This document shows positions 1 to 10,401 of a stretch of 36,384 nucleotides of DNA, piece by piece (within the stretch, counting starts at the first letter, position 1; every line of letters starts with the position of its first letter). Both the position numbers and the translations under genes were made by a program. The notes under the pieces are model-generated. The model was not told the origin of the DNA, did no database searches, and saw nothing but the letters and a program-made list of their open reading frames with translations. This DNA is from Catajapyx aquilonaris (taxonomy: Eukaryota). The DNA lies in assembly GCA_000934665.2 (NCBI GenBank), contig KZ539017.1:1-36384 (forward strand). The letters are read 5' to 3'.

Positions 1-28
1 CCTCCTCCTCCTCCTCCTCCTCCTCCTC
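1..28. repeat. (CCT)n microsatellite, cut by the window edge
   Basis: Direct trinucleotide run. Confidence 0.95.
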
Positions 29-558
29 AGCAAGTAAAGCAATAACCATATCACTGTACTGCGGAAAGCTACTTAAAACACCACAAATTCCATCTAAGCC
101 GATATTATTTTATTATGTGGATCTGATTAAAATAATATATTATTTTCATGACAACATTACAGACGGGCATAACAAACTCAAACTCTGAATAATACTGTAT
201 TTACCAACCAGTTAATCCCACATGACCAGTTTACCTTTATTACTCTTTGTAATTCATTAATACATCTTTTTGTCCTGGTTTATATCATTCCAAACGAAAA
301 TGGACTGGCGACCATAACTGAAAATTCGTTTTCATTCCCAATCTCATTTGCAGTTGTTCAGCTTTGTTTCTTAGAGCAATATTTTACAAGTTATACCAAA
401 ATTAATGCTTAGTATTGTAATTCAATGCAACGTTTTGTTTGTCAGTGCACTTTTGCATGGAACTGCAGTTATCTCTCTGCAGTGGTGAAGCAATGCTCCC
501 GAACCGTGTTCATTATGAATATGGTTGTTGGATAGGGCCCAGTGGCTTTCCTTTCCAG

Positions 559-754
559 TATCGACGCCAGCTACACTGCGCTCCTGTGGTCCCTGTTTGG
601 GCAAATTCCTCTGAAGGAACTGGAGGCTCGAGAAGATCATCCTTTCACCCAGTGGTTGGGTCTGATTCTACTTGGATCCTACCTTATCATGGCGGTGACC
701 GTCATGATCAACATGCTCATCGCTATGATGAGTCGGTCCTTCCAGCTCGTCGAG
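559..754 (+). CDS. TRPC pore-helix/selectivity filter/S6 exon, copy A (candidate mutually exclusive exon)
   Basis: tttccag| acceptor and GAG|gtactt donor; 196 nt; phase 2 in, phase 0 out. Encodes IDASYTALLWSLFGQIPLKELEAREDHPFTQWLGLILLGSYLIMAVTVMINMLIAMMSRSFQLVE with no stops. Confidence 0.9.
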
Positions 755-1548
755 GTACTTGCTTGGATATGGACACCAAAAAGCTGCATACGTCCAAGCC
801 TATGCCATGATTACTATTGAGATGGAGGGAAAAAGTCCAGTGTCATCCACTCTGTTTCGAGCCTTGAAGACCTTTCACATCGGCGTGAGCAAAAAAAAAA
901 AAATCATGCGGCGCCCTGGTGGCGCATTTTCATGGATATGTAACAAGTTATCTCTGTGAGCAGTCGATGTGGGAAACTTTAAGCTCGAATCCGTTTATTG
1001 ATGAGAAGGCTCAGGGAGTCAGTCGCTTTAGCCCTGACGTAACATTTTCCACGTCTATTTTGGCGACATGGGATCGATTTCCATTTTGGAAAATGAGCAA
1101 AAGAGTTGGCGGAATGCTGCTATTGACCGATTTGTTCTCTTCTCATCAACAGTGTGGATGTGTCTGGCACCATTAATTCCAGTTGTGTGAATCTATGTGG
1201 TCGTTTTTCAGTTCGCAGATTGCGCTGCTTCTATCACATTGTCTTCCTTCTCACTGCAAAATATTTTTGAAATCGGCTCGTTCAGAAACGCTTTGATATA
1301 CCCGTTAGCAGGAATCTCTCTGGTCACACGAGGCACACTAAGCATTAACTGAGTACATATATGGCAAAAAAACGTCATCATCATAACCATAGCTATATTT
1401 CTCTGTGAAAGGGGTAGTCAGTGATGAACCAGCATGTGGCCTAATGGGTGAAGTGCACTCCTAGGTGAAAAGTAATGTAATTAGGCTATAATAAAATATG
1501 GTACGAGAAAAATTCATTTGTATGACAGGGCACTTAGGAATTTAATGG

Positions 1549-1550
<2 letters not shown>

Positions 1551-1631
<81 letters not shown>

Positions 1632-1975
1632 CAACAATAATAATAATAATAATCGTGGGTAGTGCAGTCACCTTGTTGGTGTTTGGCACGGACCTTTATT
1701 GATCATTAGGATGGTACATGGTGCCCTTTTGCGAATCGCCCGGGTCCACGGGCAGGATGACAGAAGGGGATGTGCAATGTGCAAATGAAATGTCTGACGT
1801 GGTACATTTTGTGAACTCCCTCGGGTGGATTTGTCAATCGGAGATTCCACCCGAGACGAAGCCAGAGATGGCCCAAACTCTGCACGAGATGAAGGGGGTA
1901 ACCCGGGGCTGGGATCGAACCCGGGACCTTAACATCCGTGGGCGCATACGTTACCGCAGCGCCACTCCGCCTCCC
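1551..1975 (-). mobile_element. tRNA-derived SINE with (TTA)n tail
   Basis: The minus strand starts GGAGGCGGAGTGGCGCTGCGG (A-box-like) and contains GGTTCGATCCC (B box). The body ends in the (AAT)n run at 1551-1653 on the plus strand. Confidence 0.8.
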
Positions 1976-2187
1976 TTAATTTAATGAGTAAATGAGAGTA
2001 AATGAACGGACTGCTATACCCTTCGATGGCTGGGCAATTGCATAGAATAAAACTGTAATTACTTTATTAACAAATATATATGCACAATTATTGACACAAT
2101 GGGACGTATCAGGTAACAAATTGGTTTAAACGCGACTCGCTTTCCATTTGGGAGTTAATTGTAACTTGATAAAAACAGTACACGCCC

Positions 2188-2322
<135 letters not shown>

Positions 2323-2816
2323 ACAGGAGCCGATAAGCTTAACGAATAAAACGCCTGCCATCAACGTCACACCCTTCTCACCTCAACCATTTAAAAATGA
2401 TTTAAAATACTGAACCGAGAGAAAATAAAAATATACAAAAAACATTAGCTATTTTTATAACAGATTGGAAATAACAAATGGTATTTCATACTAGGTCGCA
2501 AGTGGTTTAATTTTACAGATATTGGATTCCTGCCTACGATTCAAGCGTTTCGAAACTTGTCAGTGTTTCTTGATTTGGCTGCCCAAATTGTCACCAATGT
2601 AGTCTGACTTTTCCACCATTCAAAAGAATCAGTCACCTTTTCAGCTTGCAACATGTTGTTCCTAAACACCGTGCAACATCGCTGCATGTCTGACCGATAA
2701 AATCTCTCTGTGCTTGTGGACTTACTTCTTGTAACGCCGAAATTATTTATTTCCTTCCCCCACCCCCGCCCCCTGCCCTGCCCCGTTTTTCCTTTTTCTG
2801 GCTCTTCTTCTTCTAG

Positions 2817-3012
2817 GCTGGATGTGACGTATACCACCTTGTTTTGGTCTCTGTTTGGCATTAGTACCCCCAAAAACACAGAGCTCGTGGAAGACCACCG
2901 TTTCATAGAAACCGTTGGGCAGGGCCTCTTTATGGCCTACCACGTGCTCTCCATCATCGTTCTTGTCAACATGCTCATTGCCATGATGTCCAACAGCTTC
3001 CAAGTCATTGAG
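2817..3012 (+). CDS. TRPC pore-helix/selectivity filter/S6 exon, copy B (candidate mutually exclusive exon; canonical LFW pore)
   Basis: Long pyrimidine tract then ttctag| acceptor and GAG|gtacat donor; 196 nt; phase 2 in, phase 0 out. Encodes LDVTYTTLFWSLFGISTPKNTELVEDHRFIETVGQGLFMAYHVLSIIVLVNMLIAMMSNSFQVIE. Confidence 0.93.
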
Positions 3013-4235
3013 GTACATGCACTACTGACGTCATCCTCGGGTCTGGGTTTAGGGGAGGGAAGGGGCAGCTTGGCAATGTATTGTAAGTCCTCCTGAGACC
3101 ACACACTAAAAATCATGATTAATTCAAAAATAACAATTTCATCTCAAAATTATTTCATAAGCCATCAGATAACGCAAATTTGTTTTAAAAAATCGTTACT
3201 GTCATTATTGCCGTAGGATTCTCATTAGAGTGGACAGTGAGACTTTACGTATTTTGTTTTTAATGTACAACCTAGCCCTGGAAATTATTTAAAATAAAAA
3301 CGTACCGTTTCTTACTAATTTCCAAGCCCACTTTATGTGTTCCTTAATTAACATGTTTCTTATGATGTATTTTTCACGTATAAAATACATCCACTCACCA
3401 ACAAGGATTTCACGCGGAAGACTTTGTCAAAATGCACATTTTGACATATTGGTACTATTTCATTGCCATAAAGGGTAGAAGGGAAAGTAGCTGTAACAGC
3501 CACTATTATCGATTTCAACCGCTGTACTGTATATAAATGAAAGTTGTGGCTAACCGTGATGTCCAATTTTATTAAAGTGTTATATTTGACATACGTACGT
3601 TACTTTTCTGGTAAATGCTACATGGCTACGGACCATGTCAGAAATCATGTTAGTTATATCTTTGGCGCCATGTTTGGTACAGTAGCTAACTATACTGGGT
3701 TCGATGGCTTGCGGAATGCAAATGAATTATCCACAATAATCTAATTGAATTGGCGCCAGGTCTCACGAGGATTTTGATCCTCGATCCCGTTCGTCTTACT
3801 GTCTTCGAGACAAATAAGTCCAGTAGAGACCTGACCCACCCCCACCAAAATCCAAGAACGTATTTTGCATGTCACCTGCCTGCATGGCGCATGAGCACAC
3901 CACTGTAATCCCCCCCCCCCCCNCCCCCCCACGCCCGCCCTCACAACGTCTTTTGTATCCGTTATGTGGTCACTGTAGGTGTTGCACTTTGCTGCACTTA
4001 GCATGCACAGCTTTCATCAATAAGTGACATTTGTACAGTCAGGGCAGCTTTTCTTTGATGGCGAAGTGTTCATGGTAACCCTACAAGCGTCAAGAAAGGG
4101 TTGCAGAGTACTTGCTAGGAAGTGGGAGTCGTGACAACGTATAGCTTAGGTCATAAAGCTAATATTAACTTAGTTATTTACTAACTCTTACATTCAAATG
4201 TTACTTCGCATTTTACTTGCAACTAAGTCTTGTGA

Positions 4236-4503
4236 ACATAGTCGTCTCTCAAAGTTAGATATTTATACGGTTAAATTGTTTCCACGCACTTCTATTTTGC
4301 AAGGTTGAATAGCACTTCTTGACAGTAATTAAAGCAACGTATCAACTAAGCAAAGTGGAGTTTACTGCCACGCAGTAAACTGCACTTTTCTTAGTTGATA
4401 CGTTGCTTTAATTACTGTCAAGAAGTGCTATTCAATCTTGCAAAATAGAAGTGCGTGGAAACAATTTAACCGTATAATATCTAACTTTGAGAGACGACTA
4501 TGT
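4236..4503. repeat. Foldback palindrome, ~132-bp arms and 3-nt loop (possible MITE)
   Basis: 4236-4368 is the reverse complement of 4372-4503 with about 4 differences; the loop is CAC. Confidence 0.9.
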
Positions 4504-5528
4504 AACGTTGCCAGTTCTCAGATATGAAGGAGGTTGAGAGTGCAGTGCAACTCGGCCAGGATGTAGGGAAATCCAAATTTTTGACACAATGTTAGGGCGC
4601 CTGTAAGAGAATTTATTGCTAGGTAGTTATTTCGGGCGATAGAGAAAGTAGGTGTGTGCTCTTTTTTTGCTACCAGAGAAGTTTTTCGTAATTCGTAAGA
4701 AAGATGGAGAGACTTTTCCAAGAAATTAATATTGAGACTAGTGAATAAATAAATTGTTATAATAAAAGTGGTTGAACATTTTGAGTACCAGTAACATTAA
4801 TTGTGTTCCCATGCATGGTCTTTTTATTTTCTTACTCCGTAAACGTATTAAAACAATTTAAAACAAGTTAGACTATTTATGCGATAGTAACAGAATGCGT
4901 AAATGAGTAAAGCCCGTGAGCCAAAGATACGCAATACTGATATTTACGACATTCCCTCTGCTTTGCAGCCATTTTATTATTACGGAAGACCCTTTGCTCG
5001 CGGCTGTTTAGGAGAATAATGATGAGGCTTTCTCTAACCATGAAATATTACCCTACGTAATTAAATTACTGCAAAGGCCCAAATAACAATATAAAAACTG
5101 CGATAAAATTGGAACTGCGTGTATCAGACGTTCAGGGAATTTTGACTAACAAAAGCTTCAGATTGCATCACCCGTTATAGTTGGATAGCTGTTATTTGAT
5201 CTAAATGTAACCAGATGGGTGTGAAGGGATTTTTAACCTCCCATAAAATGACTTGAGTCACGTTACCAGCCGAGCTTTCCCACTTCCTTGTCAAATCAGT
5301 TACCAACTGCGCCATATATTAGCCGTCTATTAACCTTAAAATGTCCAACCTACTAAGAAATTATGCTCCGACTGAAAAGACCCAGTAAATATGTGTGAAA
5401 ACAGGGTACAGTTTTCTCATAACTTTGTGTGCGAAAGTAACGTAACGTATACGTATAGTACAGTAGGGTAGCCTGAAATCCTAAGAGAGATAAGTCTACA
5501 CCTCTGCCCTCTGTCGGCCCACTTTCAG

Positions 5529-5753
5529 GACCACGCGGATCAGGAGTGGAAGTTCGCTCGATCCAAACTGTGGATGAGCTACTTTGACGAGGGATGCACC
5601 CTCCCGCCCCCATTCAACATCATCATTAGCCCCAAGTCCATCTACTACTTCGTCAGGGCCGTCAAGAATATACTCCAAGAGCTCTACTCCAGACCCAAGA
5701 CTGAAGAGAGGAAAGCAGCTGCAGGTGCCTTAGAATTTGGAATGGACGCTAAG
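5529..5753 (+). CDS. TRPC exon with TRP box
   Basis: tttcag|GAC...AAG|gtgatt; 225 nt; begins [40 protein letters not shown]. Confidence 0.95.
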
Positions 5754-5810
5754 GTGATTTCAGAGAGTTTTTTTTTGTCTGAAGTTGCTGATATTTTGTT
5801 TCCTCTGCAG

Positions 5811-5849
5811 AATATTACTCAAGTGGAGGAAAACCACAGCAATCATAAG
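5811..5849 (+). CDS. TRPC 39-nt micro-exon ([13 protein letters not shown])
   Basis: tttcctctgcag| acceptor and AAG|gtattc donor; phase 0/0. A second in-frame donor, AAG|gtaaat, follows 5885. Confidence 0.65.
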
Positions 5850-7237
5850 GTATTCTGTACCGGTGTTAGGAAAGTGTTTGTCAAGGTAAATGTTGCTAAC
5901 GGGAGTTTACCTGCAAAATGAGCTACGTCCAAGCTCCGTGAAGCCAGAATATTTCCGTGTTTTTCTGTCAGCTCGTATGCTTTACGTAATTAGATAGCAT
6001 CTGTCAATATACTGTATTGTGAGATGCAGCCAGGAATTGCTGTTTTGTAAGGCGGTTAATATCACGTAATAATGAAGGGATGGAGAGAACGAAAAATTTA
6101 TCTCTACTTCAGAGACTCTTGAGATAATGAAGGAAGAAAAGCTTTGAGCTCTGAAATAGTGCGATATAGGGAATATAATTAACTCATTCCTTAATTTAAA
6201 CTAGTTAAAAAATTTACTGTACTTTAATCCATCTAGCTCATTTTCTTCCTTTCTTTTTTCATAATATGAAAACCTGAAATGCTGAACGATCTGAGTCACA
6301 CTGGCATGATTGAAAGATGCGAGAGTTTGAAGATTGCGTTGACCCTTATGAAATATCATCTTTCCCAAACATTTCACAAGGGCGAGGTAATTTTTCTGTA
6401 AGAAAACTGAAAGTTCTCATCAAGTGCTACATTACACAATGTCGAATTAAATTCCGACCGAAATGCGACTAGGATCGTTCTGCATTTTAGGTCTGCCCAA
6501 TAAATCCCTCACATATGGTATCGGTACTATAGTATATTCTTTCTATCTCTTCATAATTATGTCAGATGTAGGGTACCTGTAATAATGGGTATGCTACGTC
6601 GAAAGTTACACAATATAAAGAACGTAGTACCTAGTTCATTTTGCAAAGAAACTCCTGCTAATTTGAAGTAGTTTTTAATTTTGTAGTGAAATCACTCATT
6701 TTCCAAGATCATTAGTATACTATTAGACGTGGCCATTATTGTACTGCATTTAAATTGATAAGATCACATAAGCTTGTGTATTTCCTTCGCAAAAGTGACT
6801 AATATCAATACCTAAGTAACGGATTACATGTTAATATCAATTAAAAACTGAACGATTTGAAGAATAAATAGTCCCTTATGGGATGAATTTTTCAAACATT
6901 TTTGCAGGGAATTGTAACTGCGTAACTGCTCCAGCAGAAAACTGACTTCACCATTAGACAGTATTATCATGAGCTGCATTATGCAATTCCTAACTAATTT
7001 TTGGCCAAATTTTAACATTGATTGTTATGCAGTTCAGATCTCCAACTGATTAATATCACGTTTCAGTCACTTATGTGGAACACTGCTAAATCATTTAATC
7101 CAAAAGTGTGATTACTGATTACGTACCTATCTGATATGGATTGCAGAAAGAAGCTCATTTTGCACAATTTTGAAAGTCTCATGAGGAATGAATAACAATA
7201 TCCAATAAGTCTTTATTGTCACCTAACAATGCTTCAG

Positions 7238-7404
7238 AGTGTGTCAGGAGAGCACGGAATCAAGCCCAGTTCCAGAAGCATGTATCAGGACGTGATGCGG
7301 CGACTAGTGTCACGATACATCCATAAAATAAAGAAGCAACACAGACAGGACGGGGTCAACGAAGATGACCTCTTGGAGATCAAGCAAGACATCTCCAGCC
7401 TGAG
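7238..7404 (+). CDS. TRPC C-terminal exon (CIRB/coiled-coil region)
   Basis: cctaac branch point, ttcag| acceptor and AG|gtacat donor. Encodes ...YQDVMRRLVSRYIHKIKKQHRQDGVNEDDLLEIKQDISSL(R). Confidence 0.92.
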
Positions 7405-7472
7405 GTACATTCCGTGACTTGATATTCTGATAATTATACCGGTAATTATAAAAGTTAACTTCTTCCCCATAG

Positions 7473-7927
7473 ATACGAACTTCGAGAGGATAGGAAAAGG
7501 GAAACTTTGAGGTCAGCAGGCCACCTGGACGCCCTTAGAAAGGACATTTCAAAGTCCATTCGAGATTCAGCAGTGGGGACCATCTCTGGTCCCTGGACAA
7601 TGACCAAGAGCCATTCCAACCTGTGTACTGGGGGCCCTCCTGCTGGTGCCATCATGGGTGCCGCTGGTGGGGGTGCCAGTCTTGGCCCAGCATTGGGTGG
7701 CAGTCACCAGTCTCAGTCTCAACTGCAGCATCATCACCACACTCTGCACTCGGGATCGGCCAGCCAGCCTAGCATTTCCTCGACGGGTGCTTCGTCTCAC
7801 TTGGCCTTTGTTCCCCACCAGAGGTCACTTGACCTGGGTATGCTGGCAGTGGAGGCTGCCAGAGAAGTCACAAGGGTGCCCAGCCCAACCCCCTCTTCCA
7901 ATCCGGCTCTTATCTCATACTCTCAAG
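7473..7927 (+). CDS. TRPC C-terminal exon (coiled coil plus G/S/H-rich linker)
   Basis: Follows a 68-nt intron (ccccatag|). Continues YELREDRKRETLRSAGHLDALRKDISKS and ends G|gtgagt in phase 1. Confidence 0.88.
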
Positions 7928-8245
7928 GTGAGTAGTCCTTATCCTCTCATCCAGGCATCCAGGCTCACAAGAGAGCCCAGTGGGTGACTCGGGTAGCTAT
8001 GGTATGCTGATTATGCTAAGAGTGCCTTACTTATCAATGCAACTGGTGATAGTATAGTTAAGTGGTGTGCAAGTTCAGTAATGAATAATTGTAGAAGTTA
8101 TTTTTGACCAATTTTAAATTTAAGATTTTCAACCTGGAGCGATGGGAACATGGGAGGGTCGGTTTCAGACCTTCATGAAATGCTTAAAAGTCTATATACT
8201 GGAGTGATGAGGCTATCTTGTGGTTAGATTTGAGCATATAGTGTC

Positions 8246-8520
8246 CTAGCTGCCATACCCGTTCTTCGCACGGGGAAAAAAGCATTCAGATTTATACAGA
8301 GATCTTTCCAGGCAATCAGGCATTATTAAAAGCAATTGCTCATTCCCTTGTATATGCACGCAAGGGAAGGATGTAAAAATTCTGGTTTGTTTTTGAATGA
8401 TAATAATGCTTGGAAACTATGCTTGGAAAGATCTCTGTATAAATCTGAATTCTGTATATGCAGGTTTTACCCATTTCTTTCATTTATCAATCCCAGTGTG
8501 AAGAACGGGTCCCCTGCTAG
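8246..8520. mobile_element. Helitron fragment bounded by two oppositely oriented 3' ends
   Basis: The left end CTAGCTGCCATACCCGTTCTTCGCACGGG and ~140 bp after it match the family at 35171. The right end is GTGTGAAGAACGGGTCCCCTGCTAG|T. Confidence 0.7.
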
Positions 8521-8883
8521 TGAGCCTGTATAGTGAGCTACGAGGTATATGTCAGAGGGAGTGTAAAATAATGTTATGTGCACATGGGAGTGATGGCTTC
8601 CAACATGTCACATGAGCAAGACCTGTTGTGGCCCGAATAAGGGTGTGCAGCAGCCAGTATTTCGCGAAATTAAGTATTGTACCGTATTAAATCCGACAGA
8701 CAGTATTGCTGGACCTGATACGTAAGTTCTTGAAGTTATAAAAAGGGAGCAGCGTGCCAATTTTTTTATATTTGTGATGAAAATGTAGCCAAATATAGGG
8801 GCGGATTCTCGTGGACTCCTGTAAGTCTGCGCCCCCCCCCCNNNNNNNNNNNNNNNNNNNNNNNNNNNNNNNNNNNNNNNNNN

Positions 8884-9236
8884 AAAAATAAGCAGTAAAA
8901 CTGCCGAAAACTATTCTACCTCTGGGTGAGATTGAAAGTAAGAAACAAGTCCATAGGTGGGGTTGGTTCGTGTCATAGGGATGTGTGATAATCAAATTTA
9001 ATTCAAAACATTCGTGCTTTGGGGCTGGGAAGAATTAGGCAGATATCGCTCTTATGTACTCCTCCGACTCACATGCTCTGCCTAATTCTTCCCAGCCCCA
9101 AAGCACGAATGTTTTGAATTAAATTTGATTATCACACATCCCTATGACACGAACCAACCCCACCTATGGACTTGTTTCTTACTTTTAATCTCACCCAGAG
9201 GAAGAATAGTTTTCGGCAGTTTTACTGCTTATTTTT
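8884..9236. repeat. Inverted repeat, 160-bp arms and 33-nt spacer, abutting the N gap at 8842-8883
   Basis: 8884-9043 versus 9077-9236 with 2 mismatches; produces mirror ORFs 8687-8995(-) and 9125-9307(+). Confidence 0.85.
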
Positions 9237-9516
9237 TTATTCCTGACATAAGACTCATTTTCATCTCACGTCGGCTTCAGACCATTATTTTCTTGGCCCC
9301 TCGGTAGAAAAATATGCTGCTTTTGATTACTCAGCTCCCTTTCCCACGGGCAGGAAGGCAGACAATACTGGAGCGGGGGTGATTTTCGCATCTGTCACTG
9401 ATTTAAGCTTCCTACTCGCACGTTTTTCATCGCAAGTTGAGACACACACGTCCTCTGGTCTGGCGAGGCTATCGTTTTCGTTTTGTATCACACTGACACT
9501 CAATTTCTGACTGCAG

Positions 9517-9707
9517 GAAACCTCTCGGGATGCCTGCTGGCCCCGCAAGAAATGGACCACTTGAAGCATGAGATAATAACCAGTCTGAGGGGGGAGCTGA
9601 GGGAAACCCTACGAGACCTTCTACTGTCCGGAAGTACAAGTTCGGCATACAACTCAGCCCACATGCATCAACAAGTGCCAACCACGCAACAGCAACCACC
9701 GCAGCAG

Positions 9708-9753
<46 letters not shown>

Positions 9754-9956
9754 CACAAACAGCGCATGTGCAACCGCAACAGCAACCGCAGCCACCGACG
9801 ACGCAGCAAACCCAACAACAGGAGTATCAACAGTCCCAACAGCAGTCAGGAAATTCGCAAGGAGGTCCCCCACAACCTCCCCATTCTCCTAACCCACCAC
9901 TGTTGCCAACAATAAGCACGGAGCTGTACCAGACACACCTGTTCACTCAGCTTTGA
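9517..9956 (+). CDS. TRPC terminal exon (helical segment, polyQ, C-terminal PDZ-type motif -TQL)
   Basis: ctgactgcag| acceptor; phase 1 matches the donor at 7927. EMDHLKHEIITSLRGELRETLRDLL, Q17 at 9702-9752, ...ELYQTHLFTQL-TGA. Confidence 0.85.
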
Positions 9957-10401
9957 TAGACATCCCTCAAGATGAAATTGATGCATATCAAAATGGAATT
10001 TTCGAGTGGCCCAGTCTGAGTCGGGCAGACAGAGACGACATCGTTTTATTTACATTTTCATTGGCAGGCTATTCGAAAAACATGCCCAGTTCCCCTCTCT
10101 TAAAAACACACAATTATTATAGATCAAGTCGACGTCAAACGTAGCTTGTTTCGAATTTTGCTCAATTTTACTAAGAAATAGTGGGGTTTGAGGATTTTTT
10201 GAAAGTATGTCGCGTTTAAAAAAAAACAGCGCTACTACCTCATAGTAAGGGTCAGTAGTTTCTCGGGAATTCTTTAATTATTTAGAATCATATTATTATA
10301 TTTTACGCTTCATTATCCATACATTTTAAGCTTACCTTTACGCACATTTTATAAAGGCATCATACAAAGCCCATTACAATTATACAACATTTACTTGCCT
10401 A

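Noticed and set aside
1900..1975. Possible tRNA gene on the minus strand
   Set aside because: Has A/B boxes but no convincing acceptor stem, and continues into a SINE body and tail.
8687..9307. Twin ORFs beginning MIITHPYDTNQPHLW
   Set aside because: Mirror translations of the inverted repeat.
9469..9873. Ala/Val- and Leu-rich minus-strand ORFs
   Set aside because: Antisense shadows of the polyQ exon.
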